A model generated the notes under the pieces. That model worked only from the letters and a program-made list of their open reading frames with translations. It was not told the DNA's origin and searched no databases. The position numbers and the translations under genes are program-made. A stretch of DNA of 64,000 nucleotides, from positions 43,276,001 through 43,340,000 of the forward strand of contig NC_043000.1 in assembly GCF_006345805.1 (NCBI RefSeq), written 5' to 3'. This DNA is from Octopus sinensis. Lineage: Eukaryota. Positions within the stretch are counted from its first letter, which is position 1, and the number at the start of each line of letters is the position of its first letter. This document shows positions 26,412 through 40,000 of this stretch, piece by piece.

Positions 26412-27355
26412 ACTAACCTTGAAGGCCATCTAGTTACAGAAGACAAATCTTCGTCAAATCATAGTCGTTTCGAAAGAGAAAGATAATTTATGTAATTTTC
26501 TCTTAGCAGTATACCCGAAGGAAATCAACACGTTCAGTATTGGGATGCATTAAATTTTGATCTGTTCCGGGGGCTAAACAAAGAGAACGGTCATAATATT
26601 TGAGACTTCTTTTACACATACAGGTCACTAATAAGCGTGAGATAATGTTGCTGAAATGAGCTCAAATTTCACATCGGCAAATAAACTGAGTGAATGACAC
26701 ATGTAATATTTTTGAACACATGTCCAAAGACACCTTAGGTTAAGAGTCCAATGACATATTTTAAGTCAAACCCGAATCCAAATTAACAGTTATGTGTATG
26801 TACATGTGTGTGAGGCGTATCAATATCCATCACAAATGAATAACAAAAATGCTGTCAGTGGTGTGACACTGATTTTTGCTGTCTGTAATCTAACAAAACT
26901 TTGACTTATCTGAAACATGATGTAATAGTGAATTCCTCTGAATTTCCAATCTAAAAAGCCATAATCATGCTCTCTTTTTGTAATGCTTAAACCTTATATT
27001 TGTATTAATATATCAGATACATGTAGCAGTAAAGTGGAAGCATTATTGATATGAGATTATGATTATAATGTGTTTTTGTATTTAATATATCGTACATATG
27101 AAATTTGTAAAAAGAAAATTAGCCCTTCATTCACTGGCGCTAGGAAAAATAATCTTTACATTATGTCTTCTCCTGATTAATTATTACTTTTACTGTTGAG
27201 GTGCCAACCACACTTCACTATACTTATGATGGCGATATGAACACGGCGTATCGTTCATTATAAATGTCAGGGGAGGTCTCAATGAAAGGACATCCGGGTT
27301 TTCGTTTTTCTTATCGATGGTAACACGATGTTTCATAGGCATATGCTCTGTCACA

Positions 27356-27469
<114 letters not shown>

Positions 27470-27473
27470 AGTG

Positions 27474-27800
27474 AAGGCGCATGGCTCAATGGTTAGAGCG
27501 TCGAGCTTACGATCGTGAGGTTGTGAGCTCGAATCCCAGACCGGGTTGCGTGCTGTGTTCTTGAGCAAGACACTTTATTTCACGTTGCTCCAGTTCACTC
27601 AGCTGTAGAAATGAGTTGCGACGTCACAGGTGTCAAGCTGTATCGGCCTTTCCCTTGGATAACGCTGGTGGCGTGGAGAGGGGAGGCCGGTATGCATGGG
27701 TGACTGCTGGTCTTCCATAAACCACCTTGCCCAGACTTGTGACTAGGAGGGTAACTTTCTAGGTGCAATCCCATGGTCAGTGTCGTGACCGAAGGGGGTC
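27474..27800 (+). mobile_element. tRNA-derived SINE family B, near intact
   Basis: A box tggctcaatggttaga and B box agctcgaatccc, followed by cttgagcaagacacttt...ctccagttcactcagctgta, which resembles the conserved central domains of V/Meta-type SINEs (inference). Confidence 0.9.
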
Positions 27801-28667
27801 AAGAATATATATATACATGTATGTATTTATGATTGTGGTAGAGGCAGTCTCTTATTAGTCTGAGTTTCATTAGAAGGTAAGTTAACTATTTACTAGTAAT
27901 AATAGATATTGTCTTAATCTAATTTGTGCAATTGCGAATAGGTTGGTTGGTGTTCGTACGAAAAGTTTGCTTATTTTAAACTGCAACCTTTGTAAAATAT
28001 ATACAAGATTGGCAGCAGCGGCTCTGACCTTGTCAGAGCTAATCTACCTGATTTTATATTCAAAATGAATGTCAGATTTAGACATTGTATACTATTGTCC
28101 TTACACGAGACTGCAGAGTTCCGGTACTGTATTCAGTAAACATTTGTTTCGAAGTAGCCTAATACTGCAAGCAGGCATGTCTCAAAGATTTGAGTGACTT
28201 TTGGGAAACTAAATACTTTGTGATATTTCGTTCATTCCCGACAGAATATTAAATAGCGAATAGAAAAGAATAATGATCACTGCCTGAATGCATCACTCAA
28301 GAAATATTAAATAATAGAACGAGTTTAATAGTAATCCTTTGATTGACTGTGGTTTTAACGACCACCTATCCTTAAATCCCTTCCTCCAATGTAGATGTAT
28401 AATAAAAGAGGAAACACATCTGATGAGTAATTAAGTAGTCGTTCGGTCCGACTAAATGGTTAATAAGTGGAAGAAAAAATATATATGTAAGGAAGCAATA
28501 AATTCGCTTTTAAATTGGCACCCCTGCATGACTAGTTCTTACTTTGAAAGCGATTAATGACTAAGATTTAACTCCATACACAGCTGAACGAATATGAATA
28601 TTAGACCGAATTTCTCATTCATTTTCGTCCAGTGTACAAAAGGGGAAAATGCTATTAATAGTTATAT

Positions 28668-28876
28668 AAGCGGTGTACTGGCAGAATAGTTAGCACTAGG
28701 TGCGAAATGCTTAGCGACATTTCGTTCGTCTTCACGTTCTGAGTTCAAATACCATCAAGGTCAGCTTTGACTTTTATCCTTTCGGGGTCGATAAAATAAG
28801 AACCAATTGAATACCGGGGACAGTGTAATCGATTTATCCTTCCCACGAAATTGCTGGCCTTGTTCGAAAATTTCAG
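28668..28876 (+). mobile_element. SINE family A
   Basis: ctggcagaatagttagc...gaaatgcttagc...ctgagttcaaat...cctttcggggtcgataaaataag. Confidence 0.9.
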
Positions 28877-29204
28877 AGCAATAATTATATAAATAGGTAA
28901 CGTCATGTTTATTTAAACAAATCCGACATTACGAATGGCGCTTTATATGCTAGTATAAAATGCACAGCTGTAATATACAGGATAGCTATAATGAAGGATA
29001 ATAAATAACGACTTACTGATGGTAAACGGCAGGTCGACTAACACGGAATGAACGCTGAAGAGACACTGGCAATTACGATGACGAAAATGATCTCATGAGG
29101 ATAGTGATGGCGATGGTGGTCTTCATGATTGAAAGAATGATGTGATGATGTAGCGGGAGGATAGATGTTTGTGTTATTGTGAAGAGACTAGGCTGTAGAA
29201 GGGT

Positions 29205-29392
29205 TTCAGGAGAAATATAAGTCTTAGGAAATTCTGTTCTATATTTAAGAGATAAGGAATTATGTACATTATTTACATTATTTACATTTGACGGATATTT
29301 GCCCTCATCTTGTTTGTTGTTGACACGTTTCGGCTGATATACCCTCCAGCCATCATCAGGTGTCTTAGGAAAATTTCGAACCTGGGTCCTCA
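29205..29392 (-). mobile_element. Short repeat carrying a minimal hammerhead-ribozyme core (Penelope pLTR/retrozyme-like)
   Basis: Homologous to 30061-30197 in the opposite orientation; both contain gacac-CTGATGA-ggct...agcc-GAAAC. Confidence 0.75.
29322..29364 (-). ncRNA. Minimal type I hammerhead ribozyme core, probably inactivated
   Basis: Minus strand: GACAC CTGATGA TGGCTG gagggtatat CAGCC GAAAC GT GTC. Stem II (ggctg/cagcc) is perfect, but position 17 reads G, which is not cleavable. Confidence 0.6.
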
Positions 29393-29901
29393 GATGGTAT
29401 AGGCACACACCAGAAAAGGTCACAGAAAACGAGAAAGCAACCATACTCTGGGATATGCCGATACACACAGATAGAGAAATTAAGGCCAACAGACCAGATA
29501 TAGTTGTCAGAGATCATGAAGAAAAAAAATGCTTTCTAATTGATGTATCAATACCGGCAGATGACAACGTGTCTCTAAAAGAAATGGAGAACTCTCAAAA
29601 TACAAAGACCTGGAAATAGAGGTAACTAGAATGTGGAATCTGAAAACAGAAACAATTCCTATCATAGTAGGTGCATTAGGCATGATAAAAAAATATTGAG
29701 ACAAATACATAACAAAAACACCAGGACTTACAAACACATATAACATACAGAAAATTGCACTACTAGGCACTGCACACATCCTACGCAGAACACTTTCCAT
29801 ACAATAACCATCAGAGCATCACAACAAATCACAGCACATACCCAAGGCACACAGAGCTGCGCTCGGTAGTGAAGTGAAAGCACGCTATAAAAATAAAACT
29901 A

Positions 29902-29904
<3 letters not shown>
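29393..29904 (+). mobile_element. R4/Dong-clade LINE 3' end with restriction-like endonuclease domain
   Basis: WYRHTPEKVTENEKATILWDMPIHTDREIKANRPDIVV...CFLIDVSIPADDN...KYKDLEIE...IVGALG...QKIALLGTAHILRRTL (one frameshift, one stop). The 3' UTR runs into (AAT)n. Confidence 0.9.
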
Positions 29905-29948
<44 letters not shown>

Positions 29949-30017
29949 CAACAACAACAACGAAAAATAATAATGATGATGATGATAATAATAATGATAA
30001 TAATAATAATAATAATG

Positions 30018-30063
<46 letters not shown>

Positions 30064-30288
30064 CATTAAAAAATACCTTAGGAATGGTAACCACGGTTCG
30101 AAATTTCCGGAAGACACCTGATGAAGGCTAGAGCGTATATCAGCCGAAACAAGAATAGGACAAATATCCATTATATGTAAATAATGTAAATAATATTAGG
30201 AAATTTTCTTCAGTGTGATCTGTGTAATCAGAAAAAATGAACGTTACTTTAAATTGTTGGATCTTCTACCACCTCCTCCTCCTCCTCC

Positions 30289-30320
<32 letters not shown>

Positions 30321-30365
30321 GTCGTCGTCGTTATAGTCGTCATCATCATCATTATCATCATCATC

Positions 30366-30396
<31 letters not shown>

Positions 30397-30404
30397 CCAT
30401 CATC

Positions 30405-30455
<51 letters not shown>

Positions 30456-30465
30456 GTCGTCATCA
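29905..30465. repeat. (AAT)n and (CAT)n microsatellites interrupted by a hammerhead-bearing element
   Basis: Directly visible. Confidence 0.95.
30061..30197 (+). mobile_element. Second copy of the hammerhead-bearing repeat
   Basis: gacacCTGATGAaggctagagcgtatatcagccGAAAC (30113-30150), deleted just after GAAAC; preceded by (AAT)n. Confidence 0.75.
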
Positions 30466-30724
30466 TGTGAGAGAGCAGTGCACGCCATTAATGTGACGCT
30501 GGGACACAAATATACAAGACCCAATATACCCATCATGATTAACCATCTTATAAGGATACACCAGGGACATGCGCGTATTATAGTTACCTCATACCAAGAT
30601 AAACAACACATGACCTCGCAGGTGGAGCCCACTTGAAATTATTTTCACATCGAGCAGCCTATCCCACTCAAAATGTCTCTGAATCAGGTTGTTTTAAGAA
30701 TGATGAACGAAAATTTTTCCAGGG
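30466..30724 (-). mobile_element. TAA-associated non-coding retroposon, old truncated copy
   Basis: Diverged match to the first ~255 bp of 30815-31368. Confidence 0.75.
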
Positions 30725-30775
30725 ATTATTATTATTATTATAATTATTATTATTATAATTATAATAATAATAATA

Positions 30776-30814
<39 letters not shown>

Positions 30815-31368
30815 GAGTGAGAGAGCAGTTCATGCAATCAAAGTGACACTGGGGTAAAATATACGAAGCCCAATATACCCATCATGACTACTCGTCTGAT
30901 AAAGGTACACCAGGCACATGCATCACAACCATATGTGCGCGACATGGTGATCTCACAAAAGATAAACAGCACATGACCTTGCAGGTGGGGCCCAGTTAGA
31001 ATTTTCTTCAGGTTGAGTAGCCCATCCCGCTCAAACGGTCCCTGAATAAGGGTTGTTTAAGGATGTTGAAAGAACCACCCATGTTTCCAGAGGTGAACTA
31101 TTCAAACCCCAAAGAATCCCTCTCAACACATGGCTATGATGCTCCCCCACTACTTCTGCTCGTGATCAGAGATGCACATATCGTCAGCCACTAAGGGACA
31201 TGCTCAACTGGTTAAGGTCAAACAACTGATAAGCAAATCTGTGGTATTGAGCAGAATATTTGCTGTAGCCCATCTTTTATACCAAGACAAAACAATGTAC
31301 ATGATAACACTTCCAATCAGTTAAGATCAGAAGCCATGAGAGCCACTGCCTGGTACTGCATCAGGGCA
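30815..31368 (-). mobile_element. TAA-associated non-coding retroposon, longest copy
   Basis: Starts gagtgagagagcagt directly after (ATT)n and ends at (ATT)n; near-identical to 31492-31950. Confidence 0.85.
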
Positions 31369-31390
31369 TTTATTATTATTATTATTATAC

Positions 31391-31491
<101 letters not shown>

Positions 31492-31948
31492 GAGTGAGAG
31501 AGCAGTGCATGCCATCAAAGTGACACTGGGGTAAAATATACGAAGCCCAATATACCCATCATGACTACCCGTCTGATAAAGGTACCCCAGGCACATGCAT
31601 CACAACCATATGTGCGCGACATGGTGATCTCATATCAAGATAAACAGCACATGACCTTGCAGGTGGGGCCCAGTTAGAATTTTCTTCAGGTTGAGTAGCC
31701 CATCCCGCTCAAAAGGTCCCTGAATAAGGGTTGTTTAAGGATGTTGAAAGAACCACCCATGTTTCCAGAGGTGAATTATTCAAACCCCAAAGAATCCCCC
31801 CCAACACATGGCCATGATGCTCCCCCACTACTTCTGCTCGTGATCAGAGATGCACATATCGTCAGCCACTAAGGGACATGCTCAACTGGTTAAGGTCAAA
31901 CAACTGATAAGCAAATCTGTGGTATTGAGCAGAATATTTGCTGTAGCC

Positions 31949-31950
<2 letters not shown>
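31492..31950 (-). mobile_element. TAA-associated non-coding retroposon, truncated copy
   Basis: Same left end as the previous copy, about 95 bp shorter at the other end; (ATT)n on both sides. Confidence 0.85.
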
Positions 31951-32011
<61 letters not shown>

Positions 32012-32044
32012 CATTATTATTATCATCATCATCATTATTATTTG

Positions 32045-32234
32045 TTATATCGCAATACTACACAGTGGCTGCGTGAGCTACGAAATCCTCGTCGCCATTG
32101 TTATGTCGCACGTTCGGATGATCTCTACTCTACTCGACTCTCTACCTCCGACTGCTACTCTTTCGTCTAGACTTCTCCCTCTATATCTACGTATTGGGCT
32201 AGCCTACTCATCGTCTGGGGGTGTCCACACGACA
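32045..32234 (-). mobile_element. Short LTR (136 bp, TG...CA) plus tRNA-Ser(GCU)-type PBS, Gypsy-like remnant
   Basis: Minus strand: TGTCGTG...GACATAACA (32234-32099), 1 nt spacer, then TGGCGACGAGGAT (32097-32085), then about 40 nt of leader. Confidence 0.7.
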
Positions 32235-32279
32235 TTATTATTATTATTGTTATTGTTATTATTATTATTATTACTATTA

Positions 32280-32310
<31 letters not shown>

Positions 32311-32362
32311 AATTATTATTATTATTGTTATTACTATTATTATTATTATTATTATCATTATT

Positions 32363-32471
<109 letters not shown>

Positions 32472-32924
32472 TATGTTTGACTTTTGCTTTATGTCTGTAC
32501 ATGTTGGCTCCAAGTCTCACCCAGAGACCTCAAGAGACAACAGGTTAGAAGTTCTGTGCCATATATTTGGGGTTTTTTTTGTGTTGTACTAGTGAATGTC
32601 TAATACATAAAAAAAAAATTAATAATAAATAAATAAAAAAGCAAGTTTGTTTTAAACCTTGGGATTACATAGAGAGTATTTTGCGTAGGATATGAGCAGT
32701 TCCCATGAGCACTATCTTTTGAATTTCTGCCATTTTGGGGTTTCCTGGTATCTGAGTTAGGTAGCAATCAGTCCCTTTCGCCATCATTCCCAGGGCACCT
32801 ATGACAACAGGTATTGTTTTAGTCTTCAGCTTCCACATTTTGCTGATTTCTATTTCAAGATCTTTATATTTGCTCAGTTTTTGGTAGGTCTTGACAGATA
32901 CGTTTATATCGATTGGGACAGTCA

Positions 32925-32925
<1 letters not shown>
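32472..32925 (-). mobile_element. Second R4/Dong-clade LINE 3' end (different subfamily)
   Basis: VPIDINVSVKTYQKLSKYKDLEIEISKMW...VVIGALG...QKIVLMGTAHILRKIL; (AAT)n abuts both ends. Confidence 0.9.
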
Positions 32926-32989
<64 letters not shown>

Positions 32990-34977
32990 TATTGTCTTGT
33001 TAGAAAGAATTGCAAGATTGGTTAGTTGTCAGATTTTTGTCAAATCAAATATAACATAAAAATATGATTTAAAACTGAAAAAAACCCAATTTTTTCTCTT
33101 TCACAAGCTAAAAAAATGATATAACACGCACTTCTTATGAGGAACAGTCAATATTTAGTTCGATTTTGTTTATTTTTGATTGCTGTCAAAACTTTGACAC
33201 ATAAATCATTTAGAATAAAATTCTTTGTGTTGGCGGACGACACAAAGGGTTAAAGAAGAGAAATGAATAAAAAAATTCTCCCAGAATAAAACTGAAGAAG
33301 CAACACCGCAAATTTATATTGACACTCATAAAACAAAATAGTAAAATTAAATGAGTAAAACACTGAAGTGATGAAAATACAAAAAAAAAAATAAATAAAT
33401 GAAAAATGATATTAAAATCGCCTGGTAGCCAGGAAAAAGAAATTGGAAAAGTTAATTTACGGACGATGATTATCATAACTGAATTATGGTAATACCACAA
33501 ATAGTTATAATTAATTGTTATCAATAGCATCGAATCCAGTATTTGGCGGCCAAATTATTTTATTAACTCTATTGTAGGATGGAAGAAGATATCAACTTAG
33601 GCAGGATTTACTTCCATAACATAAAGACCTAGAACACATGCTGCCTGGAATTATTCTACGCTCAAAGGAATGCCCTTGAAAGCGAGCAGAACGGCCCTCT
33701 ACTGCTTACTGAAAATTTTTATACTGAGGAAACCCAGAGCTATTGTGGCAATTGAAGCAGCTATACATGACTTTTAATTTTGCCCACTTATTTAATAACG
33801 ACCTAAAGTACATAATTAAACGTAATACATAATCAGCTTGTTAACCACAATCGAAAAAACGGCAGTAACAATAACCATGACGACAATAGTGTTGGAAGTG
33901 TGAATGAGGAAAGAAGGAAACAATACCGCCTAAAGTCATATTATATTGTAGTAGAAAGATATTTCGGAAAATAATCACCCACGTCAAACTGGTACACACA
34001 AATATATAACTACGATCAGAAAAAACTAAATGCATATTAAAAATAGGGGTGTATGCATCGAATTGTTGCAAGACGGTAGTTTAAAAATCTGTTAGGAAAA
34101 TAAAAGGGTGCAATGCTTCAAAAGGATTTATTTTAATGCTCTACGATTCTGTCAAGCTTGCTCGAACAGCAAAAATATCAACAACAAATTTTTGGCACGA
34201 AGCCAGCAATTTTGAAGAAAGAATTTATGGATATTACCGACCACAGTACTGATATTTCATAATCACAGTTTGATGAAAAGAAAAGTTGAACAGGGCTGGA
34301 TATGTATCGGGATAAATATCACGAATAGTTTTGCTCGACGCTCTCGCGATCCTGCCAATCTACTATAGTCTCTAGTCTATATCTTTGAAAAAAGAGGTTT
34401 GTCAATTACATCAACTCCTGTACTAGACTGATTATATCATTTTCTTTGGTCTTGGAGCGTTAAAAGGTAAAGCTACAGTTCGGACGTCTTGAACTCCGTC
34501 TGTAAAATGAATGGCTTCGTATGATCTTAGAATTTGCGTTCCATCATAGATACCAATAAATCCGCCAGATACAGTGACAACACTCCTTTAGTCCTGTATA
34601 AGAGCCACAGTATGGGAGATTTTTTCAGTTCATTAGAAATATACTATCAATGTCGGTATTTGCAGAAAGGTTTCCAATAATTCCTCGCTTTATAACACTT
34701 ATACACACACGCATACACTCACACACACACACACATACACACAGACGGATATAATATCTGCTATATCAAATTGGGTATATCTTAACATTCCAATGTTTTC
34801 TTAATTGTCAAATTGCTTGAAATGGCAGTGGTTAATTTCCATTATCATAAACGCGTGTTATTTACTATCATAATATTAATCATATCGAATAAGTTACTGA
34901 GAATTATATCTATTTCTATGATGGAAAACAGGAAAGGGATGATAAATTACTTATGGAATTCTACAATATACTTCTAG

Positions 34978-35339
34978 GATCTGAATATTTGCTGATAAAA
35001 ATATTCGGCAGTATCGGTAAACAGGTATGTCTTTCGTGTAATCTTCGACTACAGTGGTTATGTCGCAATATGGTATGTTCTTGCTCAACTGTTGCACCGT
35101 GATGCCCCGTTCATAAGATTTCAGATCATGGTGCATGGATAAGTAATATAAATATGAAGCTTATGGTGCATTTTCAAACGGAGACGAAACAGAAAATCAC
35201 AACGATTTCTTTGATATTCAGAGACAAGTCAGTGTTTTGGAGAATCAACGTCTGCCACATAAGAAGATTCGTTCTCCAAAGAGAAGTGTGAACGAATTTA
35301 ATCTGCTGAAAATAAAGTTTCGTTATTTAAACACAGAAG
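34978..35339 (+). CDS. Candidate pair of phase-compatible exons (34978-35024 and 35222-35339), unidentified
   Basis: ttctag|...CAG|gtatgt, then ttctttgatattcag|...AAG|gtaggt. Joined frame: SEYLLIKIFGSIGKQRQVSVLENQRLPHKKIRSPKRSVNEFNLLKIKFRYLNTE. No recognised homology. Confidence 0.2.
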
Positions 35340-36096
35340 GTAGGTTGCCTATGCAAATGTTACCTGAAGATAGTGATATTTGTCTAAATAAGGAAATTGA
35401 CAGTTACGATTAATCCATTAGTTGTTGGATTCTAGCAATGTTAAATCATTGTAATGTGATGTAAATACAATGAATATAAAGAGTGAAAACATGTACGTTA
35501 TGCTTGCTTTAATATATGCTTTCAGATGCAGCTAGCTACTGCTGAATCTCTTCTATGCAATTGTCGTCTGTTAGTGAGATATGTTATACATTTTGAATGA
35601 AGTCAATATCCCCTCTGTAAAATCATCTATTTGGCGAATTTGTGCTGTTCTGATAACATGCCAAAACATTTTAATTAGTCTGACGCTAAGCCTCGCATCA
35701 CATTATTAGTTGGAAAGAGGAGGTTAGGCAAAAGATGTCATTTATGGCTGAATGATTATGTAAAACATGTGACAGGGAAATAAAGTTCTTAAACAAGCTT
35801 TAAGCAGCAATTAAATGAGGGACGCCAACAAACCGAACACAACTGAAATAGATTTGTAATCTGCCGTTGACACCTCTGATGAAATATAAAACTGGATCCT
35901 TCGGAGAGTGAAAGAGGGGAAAGTTAAGGTTGAGAAAGGAAAGATATAAAACCACACTTACACATCCAATTGATGATTACCATCGAATATCATCGAGTTC
36001 AAAAGTGGAGCGCAAAACTACACACAACCGCGCAGGCGCCTACACACACACATATGTGTATATTATACACACACACACAGACACACACACACACAC

Positions 36097-36132
<36 letters not shown>

Positions 36133-36947
36133 CCAACCACATGACATCATTCCGCCACAGTGAGAAAAGCAAAACCACAAAATTGGCGTGCCACATTTGG
36201 GCTATGAAATCGAAAAAGCGTAATCAAATGGAGATTAATAGAAAGGTCTACACCATACATGAATATATCTAAATAGATGTATGCTTTGTTTGGTCGAAAG
36301 GGTGCATGTTTGATTTAGATCTGAGACTCCGAACTCGATACTGAACTCGAGGTCAGAGATTTTTAGTGGACGAAAACACGTTGAAATATATCTTTAAAAA
36401 TTTGGAAGATGCCACCGATTCCCGATTGATTGACATCTTTTTCTACCTTTCTTTATACCTCCTAGGAATATAAATATAGCGTCTTCTTTCATGGTGTCGA
36501 TTCATATCTCATATTTACATCTACAATATATTTTTTGCATCCTTTCATATTCCTTTTGTAAATTTTATATATTGTAATTACAGACCTTTATAAGAGACAC
36601 CATAGTTTTTCCATTCATACTTTTATGCAATTTATGTATATTTATTTGTATTTTATGTATTTCTATAATTTACGTATTGTATATATCTTATGTATTTGCA
36701 TATATTTGTATAGCCTTTGGATAATCTGTAGAGCTATATTTATTTTCATATAATTCAATTTAATTTTGATAATTTTTATAATTTATAACTTTACAATTTT
36801 ACATTATTTTTTAATGATTATTTCCGATGTAAATTCATCTGAAAGCTCTGCATCGGTTAAGTCTGGTATTCAGCATTAAATATGGTTTGCTTTAGCATCA
36901 CCTCTCGCCCGGTCCTCTATTTAAATTTCTTGGTTTCATGGAATAAT

Positions 36948-37002
36948 CAGCGCCTGATGAACCTCCTAGTCATGTACGTGAAACTAGTAGTAGTAGTGCG
37001 TG
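36948..37002 (+). ncRNA. Decayed minimal hammerhead-like core in Penelope pLTR-like sequence
   Basis: cagcgc CTGATGA acct...acgt GAAAC TA GTA, with the palindrome ACTAGT and a GUA triplet; a (GTA)n expansion disrupts stem I. Confidence 0.4.
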
Positions 37003-39849
37003 TAATATATGTGGAGTGAAACGCAGACATTAATATTGGTCTTTCATTAGATGAAGTACTCTTTTCGTTGACCTTTTTACGCAGATCAATTTAGATCAAA
37101 GAAGTTCTTGCCTAACAGTCGGCACAGCCAACAATAGATTCACTTTAGTATGGCCATACTCTACCCTATATCAAAGCGCATTTTTACCTATACAATATAC
37201 TAATGAATGCATTTGAAGATTTACATTTAAGAACAACGGTGCTGTCGGTACTCTACTCCTAGAGTATGTAGAAAAATATAGTGAGCCATCATTGCTGATT
37301 GGTTGATGAACATTAATTCCTCTCAAATTATGCTGAAATGTTATATAATGTTATATATACATAAATGATATGCAAGAGTGGTGATATGAAATTCCTCTCA
37401 ACTCAGAACAAAAATGTGCTATGCAAAGGTTACATATTTACGGTGCTCTTCCAAAATGACCATTGCCATGTGACTGTAACGCATAAAAAGAATAAATGCA
37501 TTCATATGTGTGAGTTTGAGTGTGTGTGTATATGTGTGTGTGTGTATGCGTGTGTATGTGTGCATGTGTGTACGTGTGCGTGCGTATATGCCATATTTGT
37601 TTCTCTGAGTTCAATTTGGATTCTTTTATACTTGTAGAATCTTAAAAATATATATAACTGAAATTATATTTTATGACTAATTCACCAGAAAATGATGACG
37701 GCCTTGGTTTTATATTCAATCCATGTGTCTTGTCGCCTATGGAAAGACATATAATGCGCCTTATATTTTAATGTTAAAGATTATCCACTTGTAACTCATG
37801 TTATTTGAGAAATCCGTTCATATGTTAAGGCAATTTGGAAAATGTTAAACTGCTCTTCTCAAGAAGTTGTAAGGTTAGACGATATTTTAAAAATCGAATT
37901 AATGTCTGAAATATGGAAAATAAAATATGCATACTGAACAAAGATCAGAACATGTCTCATCTACCCCCTGTCACCCATACATGCATTCGGATAATTTTCT
38001 GTTCATTTAACTTGATAAATCTCGGTATGACAACATTACCGAGAGCGTAGAAGTAATATGTATTCCATCTATACTGGAATAAACATTCAGTTATCACACA
38101 AAATCACTAGAAAAAAGTTATTCGCGAGTGAGCAGAATTGCTAAAAGCTTGATGGCGAAAGCATAGATACTTCAATAGTAAATATTGCATATTATTTGCG
38201 TGCTTCTGCTTTCGGTGTGACATTCGCCAACTTCTTCCTTATACACCACCACAAAATCAACTCTTTCCCACACACATGCATGCATGCATTTATATATATA
38301 TATATATATATACATACACATTTACATATACACATTCTAAATATAGTTACACACTTCTACACTATACATACCCTAGTCAGTTTCCAAGTTTGCGTGTGTC
38401 TATGTGTTTAGATGAGTACGTTTGAGATTGTATATGTTTAGTGGCTGTATGCGCGCCTGTGTGTGTCCGTGTGTGCCTGTTGTGTTGTGTGTGTGTTTCT
38501 GTCTGTCTGTCTGTCTGTGTACATATGTATGTACATGTGTGAGTGTATGTATTAATGTGTGTATTTGTGGTTATTTATATGCGACGTTGACGTCTGCAAC
38601 GAGTTATCATAGATTAGATGAAAATCGTTCGATATTATAGATTAATTGTGGTAAGGTATTATTGATTAGTTCTAGACTGGTGGAATTACTAATTAACAAT
38701 GATAATTTAGGAAAACTGATAATTAACTTAAAACCCCTTTTGAAGTAATTGGAAAAAGAAGGCAAATTATATTGAGTTCTTGTAAAGGAGAGAAGCTTAA
38801 CTATTAATTTTCTAAAAACTGCTACTTCAGCAGAAGAGTCGTTATTTGGACTTTTGCTTTGTATTTTGGTAAATTGAATAACATTTTTATCTGAAACAAT
38901 TATCGTAGATTTTAGTGCATCATTAGACAGAAAAACCTGAATATTTGAAATAATATTAACAACTCAACTTTTATTTGTATTGTCTCAACTATCTGGATCT
39001 CTGTCTTTGTGTATGAACCTCAAACGGAGGATTAAAAATCATGAAAGTTAATATTTTCAGCCTAAAATATTATTAAAATATTTAAGGAAACTTTCAGATT
39101 TGAAGCAACTGAAATCTGATACGTTATTATTTATTCATTCCGTAAGTTCTTCAACGATATCCTATATTTTCATATCGTATATATGGACAATTAGCTTAAT
39201 TAGATTATAGTTTTTTTTATGCCCAACAATCTTCGTTTTCCAATCAGGTAGTAGAAAAATTAATATAATTCTATTCATTAAGAATCCTCAAATATTGGGT
39301 CAGAAATACTAGACATGTCTAATCAAAGGACATTTTATACAATCAAACCTCTACTACTATTTCTCTCAAAAACAAACATTCCTTGTTTTTGAACCTGAGA
39401 AATATGAGCAACGACTGCTACAGCAACAAAAAAAATAAAAATATAAAAACGATCACAAAGTAAAATCATCAAAGATGTCCACAGCAATAGTTAAAGCAAA
39501 AATAGCAGCCTCTACAATGCCCATCACTAAAATCCGCCAAATCTCTAACAGCAGAAACCTATGCTATAGCACAAAAGAGTACTGCTGTCAACACATCAAT
39601 CAAAATAATGCCTTCCTCTTCCAATAAATCACCAACGAGCAATCAGACACATGCAGGTAGTTACGTGGCAAACATACCTCAGCCCCCTGTTTCAGTCCGT
39701 TCCAGAGATCATTACTTCGAGTATGGTAAAGAAAGCGGTAATTAAAACCACCACCCTACCTTCAAATTCTTTTGGCTAATGGGGCACCAGAAGGTCCAGA
39801 GACCTGTCATACATCACCGTCTAAACCATTACCATTCAAATAAAATAAC

Positions 39850-40000
39850 ATTCAAAGCTGGAAACAAAGCAATAAAATGCTACGATATTGGAATACAATC
39901 ATTACAGCGAGCAGAATAGAATTAGAAAGGGGATCTGCAGGCAATAACAGTATGAAGACAATATGGAAACACAGAAAAATCAGCCTCAAAACGAATGTGA
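39850..40000 (+). mobile_element. Very decayed RTE RT C-terminal fragment
   Basis: ...NSMKTIWKHRKISLKTNV resembles the RTE IW...ISLKTK motif. Confidence 0.35.

Noticed and set aside
27474-27545. tRNA-like sequence
   Set aside because: It is the head of SINE family B: it continues into SINE body and no complete cloverleaf was found.
28418-28460. CTGATGA followed by a small hairpin (similar bare CTGATGA motifs at about 35876, 41122 and 60315)
   Set aside because: No downstream GAAA-stem III-NUH arrangement.
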